64,000 bases of DNA from the NCBI RefSeq assembly GCF_004010195.1, contig NC_057720.1, positions 23,360,560 through 23,424,559 on the forward strand. The letters are read 5' to 3'. This DNA comes from Chiloscyllium plagiosum (Eukaryota). Under the pieces are notes generated by a model. It searched no databases. It saw nothing but the letters and a program-made list of their open reading frames with translations, and was not told the origin of the DNA. The stretch's first letter is position 1, and every line of letters starts with the position of its first letter. Shown in pieces: positions 47,974 to 61,813 of the stretch. The translations under genes were made by a program, and so were the position numbers.

Positions 47974-50779
47974 CTGACAATTAAAGAGAAAAACTGACCT
48001 TTTCCTGAAAATGATTTTTTTCTCACAAGAGTTCATATTTCTGACTTTTTCTTTGTGTCTGCATCTGAGCTTTCATCCTGTACCTCCTTTGAATTATATT
48101 TTGTGTTTGACCACACAGTATCCATATGGTAACTTCTTTCCAAATGGTACTTCCAGGTCAAGGGTCACCAGGTGACTTGGACCAGTATCTCTTATTCTCC
48201 AAGAAAGATACAATTGATTGCACTTGATGCAAACAGATAAAAGTTATTTTCAAACATTCTTGAGAATAATTACAAATCCCACAGGCATATTTTTAAAATT
48301 ACATTTTTTTTCTATCTTACTGCTTCTAGGTCATGGGTCATTACATTTTCAAGATTTAGAACAATGCATGTAAATTAATGGATTCACTGAAAGAAAGTGT
48401 AGACTTTTATAACACAGGAGATGGTTATTTGTATTCCAGCCTGAATGATAATTTACAATGATAAGTTACAACTTAATAATTTACACATTTTTATGTTTAA
48501 TTTGTTGTTATAGTTATATAAAGGAGCTGGTGATTTAGCCACCTGTGCTGTGAAATTAAGACATAGAATAATAATTTACAAATGCATACTTAACACAATC
48601 ATCTGGAACTCATGTAAGAAATGATAATTCATTTAATTTAAACAAGTTAACTTCTCAATTAAATAGTGCAGATACAAATTTTAGACAAGTGAGTTGTATT
48701 CATATGTTAGCATCCCAAGGCATAATTTCAAGAACTTAAATTATTCAGTGAACAGTCAAGATCTTTGATTCCAGTACCTACAAAAATTAGGACAATCCAA
48801 CATTTCAAAGAACAATCTATCATTAGTCAAAAATAAAAACAAGTGAAATCTTTAGAGAGTACTTATTGCTGCTGGGAGATGGTGGAAGGTGATCACTTAA
48901 TGCGTTTGTGTGGCATCTTCTCTTTGTGCTATTTTAATGGAGGCATTATCTCATCTAATATGAGAAGTGATCAAGAGTCCATGCTGGAGCTTGTGTTAAC
49001 AGAGCACTGGAGCTTTCATAACACTAATGCCTATTCATGTGTAGCCTATTCTTGTCAGCCTTTCTGTCATGAGGAAATGCAAGTGATGTGGATATAGTTT
49101 TCCACAAACATTTTTATGTTTTTTAATACTTTTTGGTCTGGCTGTTTAGCACTTTCACTTTGTTAGCTCTTGTGTCTGCATTCCTCAGCACCTTCTTCTT
49201 ACTTGATATTGATATTTTTACAGTTATAAAAATAAATGATCACAAAATCCAATAATCTTCAAAAGTGTATTCTATTTTCTGCGTTTCTAATGCATTCATG
49301 GTCAAAGGTCTGCTCCCTTTCTCCTCAGTCGGTCTCGCTGTGGTATAGCAGTTGGATTTTTCTGCATGAGTGCTGGATGCGAACTGACAGTTTCTTTTCC
49401 TTGCTATCTGCACCAGAGGCAGTTAGCACAACCATTTCATTAATAGGGAAGCATAGCTTTCCAAATGGCAAAGCTGAAGTGATTCGCAATGGGAGTGTCA
49501 ATTGCTATCACTAGCCCCTGTGAAGCAATATCCAGTGTGAACCCAGGAATACATTTGCAGTTCAGGCATCAGCTGACCCCTCAAAAGGACACTCCAGAAG
49601 GTGTAGCTACTTCAGTCTGTCATGATTTCAGAGATGGTGAGAGAGACCACTGTGTGTTGTTAGTTACTGCATGAATTGATTCTTCCAGTGCAATATGTTA
49701 ATCCACTCTTCAGCTGTTATCATTTTCAATTTGACTCCAGTTTATGCACAATTTCTGTGAATTCCTACTTATTAAAATCACAGCCTATGTGTCCTCAGTG
49801 AAGCTTATATGCCTCTCACCTTTATTGCCATAGGTTAGAAAAAATATTTAATATCCATCTCAACCCTTTTCTATTTCTCTGTCAGGACTCAGTGAATAAG
49901 ATCCTCCCTTAACAACGCTGTGATTCATTCAACTGCCATGCTCCCTCCCCACCACTACCATCTGACCCTACTGACAGGAAAAAACCTTTAGTGCCTTTAA
50001 AAAGGGAAATTAAATAAAGCCGGGGAAAACAATGTAAAGTTGTTTCATTGCAATAATATTATTCTTGTAGAAAGGTTAAAGGCTTGAGCACAGCTCAGAA
50101 GCTGTAGTCACATTCTAGGGAGTCGTCTAATTGAAAGGAAAGTGGTGTCATTAATGATAATTTATTTAAACTATCTAGAGCTTTAGGGCTTTCCTGCTCT
50201 CACTGTAGCTAGCTGAACATATTAGGCATTGCTGATGTAGGTCCGAGCTTCCATACCAACTCTTTCTGTCATATTATCAGCCCTGAACCAAAACAAGCAG
50301 GAGTCATTTTGAATTTAACATTGCTTGTCCTGAGGATGGCATGAACATTTTAGCATTTTTCCAGTTGGTAAAACAGAAAACCAAAGTACTGTTTCTCTTT
50401 ATTTGACTCCCTGCTTGTAGATAAACAGAAACAGCTAGATGATACTCTTTATAAAATAGCAGAGTTTCTGAAGAAGATATATGGCTACGATAAAGTTGTA
50501 CGTTAAATTGCTTCCCTTTCATTCAGTAAAGTTCTTTTATGTTTGAATGTCATACTTGATTAGATAGACAAGAATGTGAAAAATCTCTGATGGAGTTTTT
50601 ATTTTGTTGCTTTGTGTATATTCTGCTTACACAACTACATTACTCCAGAAGCTCTTAAAGTACATTGATTTTATACGTATGTCACATAGTTCATAGTTCT
50701 GAGCTTGACGGCAGCACTGAAAACAGATTGACCAGAAAAATAGGCGAGAAGTCCATTTAATTGGCACTTTGTCCACCAG

Positions 50780-51142
50780 TCCACCAGTGGCATACCATAG
50801 GTACTATCTACAGTACGTACTTGCAACACAACTTGCCAAGGTTTCTTCAACAGCGCTTCCTGAACTGTGACCTCCATGACTTCGAAGAACAATGGCAAAT
50901 GATGTATGGTAACACCATCATCTTCAAGTTACACACATCCCGACATCAGAATTTATCATCATTCCTTCATTGTTGTTGGGTCACAATCCTGGAACTCGAT
51001 ACCTAACAGCATTGTTGGAACACCTTCACCAAATGGACTGGAGCAATTCAAGAAGATCCACCATCACCTTCTCAGTATCAACTAGGGATGGGTAATAAAT
51101 GCTGGTCTTGCGATGTCAGTATCTTAAATGACTATAAAAAAA
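50780..51142 (+). mobile_element. Degenerate LINE 3' end (CR1/L2 group) with GGGATGGGTAATAAATGCTGG tail
   Basis: Homologous to 60790-61500. Confidence 0.65.
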
Positions 51143-51649
51143 AAGATCTGTTCTAAATCATTCCTACCTGAAACCTAACATCTATTAATAGGTATGTCAC
51201 CCTTATTGTACTTGCTATTTAGATATTTAGTGAATTAACTTTGACACATGCAAACATCATATGACCAGAACATCTTCTCCGAAGGTTGCTATTTTCAGTA
51301 ATTTTGCTTATTATTGCAAAGAGGTCATTTTTGTAAATAATTAGGCCTTTCCTATTGTAGTCCGACTGTCAGGCACAGTTGAAAGTTCAGCTAGTGTAAT
51401 CTCTAACAAGTGTTGTAGTCTATTATCTAATCTTCTTCAGCAGAGAGGCGATAGATATAGAGAATTTAAATTGAAGCCCTTCATGAAAATCTCCAACAAA
51501 AGCTATTATAAAGTATTTCTATAAAATGTGATAAGTAGGTACATTTACTTGCACCTTTTGTATATATCCTGTCTTTATTTTAATATTCTCCCTAATATGC
51601 CAAAAACCTTATTACAAACAATCTTAGTAGAGAAAATAAAATGGCAATT

Positions 51650-52530
51650 AATAAGGCGTTCGACAAGGTTCCCCATGGGAGACTGATTAGCAAGGTTAGA
51701 TCTTATGGAATACAGGGAGAACTAGCCATTTGGATACAGAACTGGCTCAAAGGTAGAAGACAGAGGGTGGTGGTGGAGGGTTGGTTTTCAGGCTGGAGGC
51801 CTGTGACCAGTGAAATGCCACAAGGATCGGTGCTGTGTCCTCTACTTTTTGTCATTTACATAAATGATTTGGATGCGAGCGTAAGAGGTACAGTTAGTAA
51901 GTTTGCAAGAGACACCAAAATTGGAGGTGTAGTGGACAGTGAAGAGGATTACCTCAGATTACAACAGAATCTGGACCAGATGGGCCAATGGGCTGAGAAG
52001 TGGCAGATGGAGTTTAATTNNNNNNNNNNNNNNNNNNNNNNNNNNNNNNNNNNNNNNNNNNNNNNNNNNNNNNNNNNNNNNNNNNNNNNNNNNNNNNNNN
52101 NNNNNNNNNNNNNNNNNNNNNNNNNNNNNNNNNNNNNNNNNNNNNNNNNNNNNNNNNNNNNNNNNNNNNNNNNNNNNNNNNNNNNNNNNNNNNNNNNNNN
52201 NNNNNNNNNNNNNNNNNNNNNNNNNNNNNNNNNNNNNNNNNNNNNNNNNNNNGTGTGACGGGAAAGATATAAAAGAGACCTAAGGGGCAACTTTTTCATG
52301 CAGAGGGTGGTATGTGTGTGGAATGAGCTGCCAGAAGATGTGGTGGAGGCTGGTACAATTGTAACATTTAAGGGGCATTTGGATGGGTATATGAATAGGA
52401 AGGGTTTGGAGGGATATGGGCCGGGTGCTGGCAGGTGGGACTAGATTGGGTTGGGATATCTGGTCGGCATGGACGGGTTGGACCAAATGGTCTGTTTTAA
52501 TGTTGTACATCTCTATGACTCTATGACTGT
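51650..52530 (+). mobile_element. CR1 LINE RT and 3' end spanning a gap
   Basis: KAFDKVPHGRL..PQGSVL..; 3' tail CTCTATGACTCTATGAC. Confidence 0.93.
52020..52252. other. Assembly gap (N run)
   Basis: N bases. Confidence 1.
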
Positions 52531-52629
52531 AATTGAAAGAAAATAGTAACTCCCAAGCTGCCTTCTTTCCTTTGTTCTGGAATTGCATATATGTTGTGGG
52601 ATGACCACAGTTAGAAGCATTACAACAGA

Positions 52630-53005
52630 TCAAGGTGTAAGATTCAAATCCCATCATAGTAGTTGGCAGAATTTAATTCAGTAAATAAATCTGATATTAG
52701 CAGTAATATCTCAGTAATAATGACCACTATCATCATTTTTTGTCAAACGTATATGGTTAACTAATGAATAAGGAAATGAAATCTGCCATCCTTAGCTAGT
52801 CTGATCTATGTGTGGCTCGAGGTCCACATCAATTTGATTAACTCTTAACTATGTTTGGGTCGGTGCTGACTGGATGGGCAGGATGGCTTGCTTTCATACT
52901 ATTGGGATTCTATGACTCTATGATTTTACGCCTCCAACGGCCCAGCAACCCACTCAGTTCAAGGGAATTAGGAATGGACAATAAATGTTGGCCTTACTAG
53001 CAGTG
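52630..53005 (+). mobile_element. Second-family SINE with a short CR1-type 3' tail inserted at about 52855-52925
   Basis: GATTCAAATCCCATCA..GAAATCTGCCATCCTT..CACTCAGTTCAAGGGAATTAGG..AATAAATGTTGGCC. Confidence 0.6.
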
Positions 53006-53169
53006 TTCCCCTTTATTTCCTTCTGTACTGACCTCCAAGGTCTGTGTGTGGCAGTGACTTCTAGAAGCCAACGTTAATGTTGCGCATGTTGTTAACACAT
53101 CGATCGCTGTGCACGGACCCTCAGAGCAGCTGTGTGCGTGCACAGCTTAGAAGCAATGTTGCTCACCCC

Positions 53170-53605
53170 AGTGAGGTATACCAACCAAATATCCCAACCC
53201 AATCTAGTCCCACCTGCCAGCACCCGGCCCATATCCCTCCAAACCCTTCCTATTCATAGACCCATCCAGATGCCTTTTAAACGTTGCAACTGTACTAGCC
53301 TCCACCACTTCCTCTGCCATGCCATTCCACACATGCACCACCCTCGGCATGAAAACGTTGCCCCTTAGTTCTCTTTTGCGTCTTTCCCTTCTCACCCTAA
53401 ACCTATGCCCTCTAGTTCTGGACTCCTCCATCCCAGGGAAAAGACCTTGTCTATTTACCCTCTCCATGCCCCTCATGATTTTATAAATCTCTCTAAGGTC
53501 ATCCCTCAGCCTCCAATGCTCCAGGGAAAACAGCCCTAGATTATTCACCCTCTCCCTATAGCTCAAATCCTCCAACCCTGGCAACATCCTTGTAAATCTT
53601 TTCTC
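53170..53605 (-). mobile_element. CR1 LINE 3' region
   Basis: MLPGLEDLSYRERVNNLGLFSLE..RVVHVWN. Confidence 0.92.
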
Positions 53606-53852
53606 GACAATGCAATTTTGTCAGTGTGGCTTAGAAGCCAAGTCAAATAAGAAATATGACATGATATATTTATTTTGGCAAGCTGACAATTGTATTCTCT
53701 TAAATTAATTTATTATGTAAACATGATTTTAGGCTATTCAGACATCACAGTGTAACACTAAATGTAATTTCCAACTGAAATCAACATCTCCTTTGTGCTT
53801 ATTTTCATAGGCCTCCATAACAATACTCTCAATGTTTACTAAGGACTGGCTA

Positions 53853-54470
53853 TAGAACATAGAACATACAACAGTACAGCACAGCACAGCCCTTCAACTC
53901 TCGATGTTGTGCCGACCTTTTATCCTACTCTAAGATCAAACTAACCAACATACCCTTCATTGTACTGTCATCCATATGCCAATCCAAGAGTTGTTTAAAT
54001 CCCTAATGTATCTGATCTACTACCACCACTGGCCGTGCATTCCATGCACCCACCACTCTCTGTGTAAAGAACCAACCTCTGACATCACCCTTAAATCTTC
54101 CTCCAATCACCTTAAAATTATGTCCCCTTGTGATAGCTATTTCTACCCTTGGAGAAAGTCTCTGACTATTCACTCTGCCTATGCCTCTCATCATCTTGTA
54201 CACCTCTAACAAGTCATCTCTCATCCTCTTCGCTCCAATGAGAAAAACCCTAGCTCCCTCAACCTTTCTTCATAAGACATGCCCTCCAGTCTAGGCAGCA
54301 TCCTGGTAAATTTCCTCTGCACCCTCTCTAAAGCTTCCACATTCTTCCTATAATGAGATAACAAGAACTGAACACAATATTCCAATTGTAGTCTAAACTG
54401 GACTCTGTAGAGCTGCAGCATAACCTCACAGCTCTTAACCCAATTCCCCCTGCTAGTGAACATCCAACAA
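53853..54470 (-). mobile_element. CR1 LINE 3' end
   Basis: LEYCVQF..ALERVQRKFTRMLP and a (TATGTTC) tail. Confidence 0.92.
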
Positions 54471-54509
54471 CATTGAAGAATGCATTATAAAAATACCCAA
54501 AGAATTGCA

Positions 54510-56592
54510 GAACAAAACCAGAAATTTATGGAGGAAGTCGGCAGGTCTGGCAGCATCTATGGAAAGAAAGCAGAGTTAATATTTCGGGTTTAATGATCCT
54601 TCTTCAGAACTGTTTTTTTGAAGGCAGGAGTAAATAATGGAGATGGTAGCCAGAAAGAGCGAACATAGCATTTGAGTAGACAAAGGACTAGGTAGAGATC
54701 AGCCTGGGAAAATCACTCACTGTTAATGGGGAATATTAATAACTAACAATGGGCGACAGCCCATTAGATAAAAAGGTCTGGTGTGTGGGGGTTAGGGAAA
54801 GGACATGGGAGAATGAGTTCAAGCCGTAAAATTATTGAACTTGGCATTGATCCTGAAGACTGCTGAGTCCTCAAGCAGAAAATGAGGTGCTGTTCTTCTA
54901 GCTTGTACAGAGCTTCGCTGGAGCTTGTCTGAGACAGAGATGTTGACCAGGGAACAAGGTGGTGTGTTGAAGTGGTAGGCAACAGAAATTTCGCGGTCAT
55001 TTTTATTGACAGAACATAGGTCTCCTGCAAACTGGTCACCCAATCTGTGTTTTGTGTAAAAGAGACCACATTGAGAGCGGCAAATGTAATAGACTGGATT
55101 GAGAAAAATGCAGGTGAATTGCTGCTGCAGCTGGAAGGGGTATATGGGACCTTAGATTGTGGGGAAGGAGAAAGTATATGGACAGCTGTTACCCCTTCTG
55201 TGATTGCAAGGGAAGATGGTGTGAAGGTGAAGGAATGCATTGGGAGTAAAGGCAGAATGCTGACAAGGGAGGGGAGGGAATATGCACCTGGAGGTGGCAT
55301 CCCTCTGGTGGTGGCAGGAATGTCAGCTGATGATCCTTTGAATATTGATGTTGTGGAGGCTTCTAAGTAAGTACCGGGGGTGTCTGTCGGTGTTGGGGAG
55401 GGAAGAGAGGTGTTGAGGGCCGAAGTCGGGCTGAGGGCAGTGTCAACCACATATTGAGGAAAAGGTGGACATTTTGGAAATCCACTTGTCAAAATTGACA
55501 TCGTCAGAACAGAGGCGATGGAGACGGAGAAACTGGGAGAATGGAATAGAGTCGACACAGGAAGCAAGGTGTGAAGATGCATAATCAAGGTAACAGGGGG
55601 AGTTGATGATTTTGTAGTGGATATCGGTGACCAGCCTAACCCCAGAAATGGAAACAGAGATATCAAGGAAGTGAAGGAGTCAGACATGGACCAGATGAAG
55701 GTGAGGGTAGGGTGGAAATTCAAAGCAAAAATTCCGGATGAGAGAGGGAAGCAGCACTGAATATTTCATCAATGTTCTGGAGAAAGTGTTCTGGAATAGG
55801 GCTGGAACAAAGAATGGTCTACACACCCCTAAAGAGACGTGTATAACTAGGGCCCATGAGGGTACCAATGGTCACACGTTTGATCTGAAGAAAGAGTGGA
55901 ATTAATAGAGAAGTTGTTCAGGTTGAGGATGAGTTCGGCCAAGTGGGAGCAGGGTGATGGTGGATGGGGACAGTTCAAGCCTTTTTTCCTGGAAGAAGTG
56001 GAGAGCCCTGAGACCATCCTGATGGGAGATGGATGTGTAAAGGGATTGTATATCCGTGGTAAAGCAGAGGCAGCTAGAGCCCACAAACTGGAAATTCTGA
56101 AACTGACCTAAAGCATCAGAGGAATTGTGAATATAAGTGGGAAGGGGCTGGAAAAGGGGAGAAAGAATGGATTCGAGGTAGGAACTGATGGGTTCTGTGT
56201 GGTAGGAGCAGGCAGAAACAGTGGATTTGCCCAGACAGTACTTTTTGTGGATTTTGCGAAGGTAGACACAGGCTGAGGGACTGTGAGCTTGGAGATTGTG
56301 TGGGAGAGATCACTAGATACAATGAGAATTCTGACCTTTATGGACACAATAGACTAGTGTTCAATAGAGAGGTCATGATCTAGGGGTAGATGGGAGGAGG
56401 TGTCCAAGAGCTGGTGCTCAGCCTCACAGTGTAGAGGTCAGACAACAACAGAACCACCCTTGTCTGGTGGCAAAGTCGGGATTCAATCAGACAGCAGTTC
56501 TCAAGAAGGATCACTGAACATGAAAAGTGAACTCTGCCTTCTCTCCACAGAAACTGCCAGACCTATTCAGTGTCTCCAACATTTTTTGTATT
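54510..56592 (-). mobile_element. Degenerate Neptune-like PLE (RT and GIY-YIG) with terminal repeat and an inverted terminal copy at 56495-56592
   Basis: DIQSLYTSISHQDGLRALHFF; LAELILNLNNFS; FHPTLTFIWS; VAYHFN; LEEQHLIFCL. Degenerate HHR motifs at about 54580-54608 (-) and 56498-56530 (+). Confidence 0.85.
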
Positions 56593-56709
56593 AGAAGATT
56601 ACAGAAATATATGTAGAACAGCAAAAATGGACTGCAGAGAAATATGTTTTATCAAAACTTTTGCAAACCCTGTTGAAAAGCAAATCTCCATCTGAAAGGC
56701 CTTTCCTTT

Positions 56710-57010
56710 TTTTAATCCATTCAGAGGATGAGGATATTATTGGCTAGGCCAGCATTATTGCCCATCCCTAATTGCCCAGAGGTAAGTTAAGAGTCAACCA
56801 TGTTGCTGTAGATCTGGAGTCACCTATGGGCCAGACAAGGTAAGGATGGCAGTTTCCTTCACTAAAGGGCATTAATAAACCAGATGGGTTTTTTTTTCAA
56901 CAATTGACATTAAACTCTTAATTCCAGATTTTTATTGAATCTACATTCCACTATCTGCTATAGCGGGATTCAAACTTGAGTCCCAGGCCATTACCGAGGT
57001 CTCTGGATTA
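56710..57010 (-). mobile_element. Second-family SINE
   Basis: Homologous to 4390-4725. Confidence 0.7.
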
Positions 57011-57014
57011 CTAT

Positions 57015-58667
57015 ATATGTGTTCCAATCAATTATATCACTGTCGATGAAAAACTATAAAAATGAACAAGAAGCAATGCCTTTTACATGCTGGTTTGGTG
57101 AAATAAGAATATTTTGATGTATCCAGCTGTTTACCCTGTTTAATGATATCGCTGTGGCTGGATGTCTAGAGATCCTCTTGACTTGGCACCACCAGAACAT
57201 CTCCTCCCTTATTGCTCAGGGAAAGATTCTGGATAAGCTAGCTCCTGGATGAAGTGGGTGGCTCACATACAGCACTCACAAGAAGATGTCAGCATGAGGA
57301 TCACAAGAAATTGCTTCTCAGACCCAATCTTAACATTTCGACTGAGTTACAGGGTGTGCCTCCAAAGGCACCTCATTCATGTTGAGGGATTTAAATTCTG
57401 GAATGCCCATAGTTCTTTCTGAATACAGTTGAATGCCACCTAACTGGAATGGCTACTCAAAGCTGAGATCTCATTCCAACTGAGGAAGGCTGATTGCAGT
57501 AGCTACTGCTGAGTATTACTGAGGGAATTGAGGTTGTGAGCACATCTAAAGTTTTCAATAATAAGACTGCTGTCCTCCAAGACTAAATTATCAATCTGAT
57601 CCTGAAAAAGTAAACACCTATTTAGGCAAAGTAAGAAAGCTTACTTAAAACATACCATTGTAGAAAATCTGTTCTCTTGTAAATGCATGTTCTAATTTAA
57701 TTTGAAAAATGAATCTTCTAATAACATACCTGTACAGCACTTAATTTTCCTAATGGACTTTCCACATGTGGTAGAGTAATCAAAGGGATCTCCATCACGT
57801 TGTCAGGCTGTAGTTTTTCATTTATCGTATTTCTTCCCTTAAAGTTATGTACCACACATGCAACCTTTTCACATGTAAAATAAAAAAAAGAAATGTAACA
57901 GTACAAATTGCAGCATTTGAGTTAAGAGATTAAATCTCTTAACTTTTTTTCTTACAAATACATCAACACGTTCAAATTAAAGAAGGCCACCACTAATTTT
58001 ACTTTAATTGTGAAAAATTGTTTTTAACTGTCAATTATGAAAAATATTTTTGCCTGCCTGTTGAAATTGTAATAGCAATGAAACTATCTATGTTCATCAT
58101 CATTACTCCTTTGAAATTGATAACAATTTGTTGAGTTGGTACATGTGCAGTTAAGCACGGAACTACAAACATTATTGCAAAAGGTACTTTGCTTTTTCAA
58201 AAGGTGCACTGTTGAAATCCCATCCTACTGCAATCGGTCAAACATTACTGAACTGTTAAGCTTTAAGCTGTTAAATTCTCATCCCTACGAAGAGCTTATG
58301 CCTTATTAATAAGTTGTAACTGAATACTGATCAATGTACTAACTCATAACTCATAACTGTCACAAAACAAACTCTTTGGCCTTGAAAAATAAATGTTATA
58401 TTTGTGCAAAATGATTTTTTTAAATTTCTGTTAATAATTCCAAAACTTCTAACACTTTCAAAAGTTTATTGAAATATTTCAGTGTTTAAAATATGTGTTC
58501 CAATCAATTATATCACTGTCCATGAAAAGCTATAAAAATGAATAAGAACCAATGCCTCTTACTTGCTAGTTTGGTGCTATGAAATTATTTCAATGCATCC
58601 AACTGTTTACCCTGTTAAATGATATCACTGTGGCTGGATGTCTGGAGATCCCCTTGACTTGGTACCA
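57015..58667. repeat. Dispersed direct repeat, 57015-57191 and 58491-58667
   Basis: ATATGTGTTCCAATCAATTATATCACTGTC...GTGGCTGGATGTCTRGAGATCC.CTTGACTTGGYACCA in both copies. Confidence 0.9.
57730..57864 (-). CDS. Coding exon of - strand gene (VACVVHNFKGRNTINEKLQPDNVMEIPLITLPHVESPLGKLSAVQ)
   Basis: T-rich tract with AAAG acceptor, strong CAG|GTATGT donor, 135 nt, the only open frame, phase 0-0. Confidence 0.6.
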
Positions 58668-60789
58668 AATTCAAATTAACATTGGGAAATGCCACAGAGA
58701 TCATTGTAGATTGATGGTGAGGTATTCAAAGGAAGTATTTATGTAGCTGTGTAGTTGTAAACTTAACAATAGGTTCAGAAGTTATAAGGAACAGAGAAAT
58801 GCAAAGTTAGAATTTGGCCCTCCTTGTATCAGTTTTACAGGCAGAGTACAAAATCAAAACAGATCTATTTTCAAAACTTTACCCCATAAACTGACCTGAA
58901 ACACATACAAAATCACTTAGGACACAGATAGTGCTTAGGCATCCTTGGCAGCTGCATTGGACATGCCTTAAGTCCCTAATTCTTATTGCTTATTGCTTGA
59001 TTAAGGACTCTCAGTGACTGAAGTTGGTTGGTATCTGAGCTGCTATATACAGTTCTGATGTGGTTTTTGCAGTCTAACAATTCTTGCTACTAAAATGTAC
59101 ATTTTTAAACAAAATGTTTTTCTTCCTATGGAACTGAGAAAAATGGGAGTGTCCCTCCCATTGCCACTGCATTCCCATGAGCTATGAAAATCCATGGCCA
59201 TAAGATAAAGGAGGCTTAGAGTGGCCTCTTTCCACACTCTAGGGATTCTATGGATAAGAAAAGCCCATTCATCCCGTATATATAAATTCTATCAGCATAA
59301 TGGAAACATAGAGATTACCACACTTCTCTGTATATTCAAAGTTTGCATTTATACAGTAACTGAATCAATAATTTATTCTTTAGGTATTTAAGAAGTGAAT
59401 TTCTTGGCAGGTTGAATATGTGCTTTGAACAGCTTTAAATGGAGAAAAAACAATACTGTGATTGTTATTTTGACTATTGATTAATTTCAGATTCAATTAG
59501 AGGCATTGAGATTGTTTTTAATTTCGATTAAGTGATGAGACTATAACAAATTTGTATCAATAGATCACTTGCTGAATGAAATGCAAAATTGAAAGAGTGC
59601 TCGATTCAAACTTTTCTCCCTGGGCTATATTAAGGAATCATACATTTAGCTGATTTAATTCATTCATTTACTCTTCTTAAAATTTAACAGACAGGCTTAT
59701 GTTTATGATATGGTTATGTTCATGCTCTAGTGACCTTTTCTGTTGTACCAATGAGCAGCAGATTACTTAACGTATGTAGTGATCAGGTTTGATGATTATG
59801 TAGATGGGCCTCTAAGGTAAGCGGCATTACTATTGTAACCTCAGTGCTCATTCTTTAGTCTTCCAGAAAGAAGTTTGGTCCTCTTCAGCTTGAAACCCCT
59901 AGTTCATAGCCATACCATTACACCAAGTATGTCAATAAAAAATGGTTTACATTTACAGGGAAGAATGACCTTATTTTGCATCAGTACTCGAAGATCCCAC
60001 ATGAGACCATGATGAAACATTACAAAAATGGAAAATATTGGACATACTTGGTAAATCTGGAAGCATCTGTTGATTTTCCCCACATTTTCTGATTCTGTTT
60101 CAGATTTTCATCATCCAGAGTACTTTGATCTTGTGCTAGTTTATTTTGTAACCATTTTTTAATTTGTAGTCATAATTTGTATAATGTAGAGTTTTGCATT
60201 CAAACTTACATTTCATGGTTTAAATTCCAATACATTCAATGCAAAAGAAGGGGAGTTCCAGCATTTTGACCCAGTGATAGTGAATGAATGTCAACATGGG
60301 GCCAAAAGAAAAACTTGTTTGACCTTCTGGAATCATGAAAATTGCAACACAGAAGGAGGCTTGCCAGTGCAAGATCTAACCTAAGTTAAGTAATTTAATT
60401 TCCATGTGTCCTTTTATGATTTTCCTTTTTTTAAATGCCTATCCAACTCATTTTTAATTATTTGACCATTTCCTTCAACAATCACTTGTTTTTCTCATTC
60501 GTATGCCTTTATGATCACACATGTAAGAGAAGCTCTTCTAACTTGCCTTTTTGTTCTTATGAGGTTAAGTCTTTAACCCTTGCTACTGGTTCACTAGGTA
60601 GTGAAAACAATCTTTCACAGTTTAAGTTCTTAAACCATTTTTACATCAATAATGTTAAAAATGGCAGTAGCAAACTCAGCTTTTGCAATCCTGAAAAGTC
60701 TTCCTAGCTCATATCTGAGGACTTGTACCAAAAGTAGGAGAGTTGTTCCAAAGATTAATCAAGCAACAGCCTGATAAAGGTATGCTCAC

Positions 60790-61500
60790 AAAAGCAATGT
60801 CCTGGACATCACCATCGGCATCCCTGCGGTGAGTAATTCACCTCCCAACTCCACTACCCATGCAGCATAAATCAAGTGTGTAATGGAGTACTCTCTCCTT
60901 GCCTGTATAAGTACAGCTCCAACACTTAAAAAAGTTCAATCCCATTCAGGACACAGCAGTTGACTTGATTGGCACAGCATCTTCCACCTTCAATATTCAC
61001 CTCCTCCATCACCAATGCACAGTGGCTTCCTGATGAAGGGCTTATGTCTGAAATGTCAATTATCCTGCTCCTCGGATGCTGCCTAACCTGCTGTGCTTTT
61101 CCAGCACCACACTCTCGACTCTGATCTCCAGCATCTGCAGTTATAACTTCCTCACAGTGGCTTCAGTACAAGGTTTCTACAAGATGCATCGCAGCAACTC
61201 ATCAAGGTTCCTTCAACAGTGCATTCCAGGTTTGTGACCTCAATCCCATAGAAATACAATAAGGTACTACCACCTGCATTTTCCCACCAAACCACACACA
61301 CATCCTAACCTTGACACTATTCCTCACTCTAAACTATATTGGTAATCTTTCACTGTTGCTGGGTCAAAATCCTGGAACTCCATTCCCAATAGTGGATGTA
61401 CCAACACCACATGACCTTACCACTTTCTCAAGGGCAATTCACAATTAGGAATAGCTAATAAACGTTGACGTAGACTGTGATGCCCACTTCCCATGAATTG
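60790..61500 (+). mobile_element. Degenerate LINE 3' region (CR1/L2 group)
   Basis: GTGTAATGGAGTACTCTC..GGGTCAAAATCCTGGAACTC..TTCTCAAGGGCAATT..TGCCCACTTCCCATGAA. Confidence 0.7.
61030..61152 (+). mobile_element. Mini-PLE insert (family A monomer) beginning exactly at CTGATGA
   Basis: TSD CACAGTGGCTTC at 61018-61029 and 61153-61164. Confidence 0.88.
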
Positions 61501-61813
61501 ATTTTTGAAGATCCTCCTATACTTATTTGTTCAAATAAGAAAATCGCCGTTATTATCAAGCTCGTGACTCTTATACCTATATGCAAATGATTGATATTAC
61601 TGGAAAACAAAAGAAGTTCATTGTGGATTCTGCCAATTCAAAAAATCTATTTGCCCCTACTGAGATCTTCACCACGTGTTTAATAGCATTCCACTTTTTT
61701 ATGTTATTCTTGATTTTAATGCAATGTTCTGAATATTTATTTCTCACAATTATTTTTTAAATCCTCCTCTGATTTAACTATAGCATAACATTCCCCTTTC
61801 TCTGTAAACTCAC

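Noticed and set aside
49200..50520. Short open frames on both strands in unique sequence
   Set aside because: No convincing acceptor/donor pairs or recognisable motifs.
54764..55723. 319-aa ORF as a host gene
   Set aside because: Mostly an off-frame reading of a decayed PLE.
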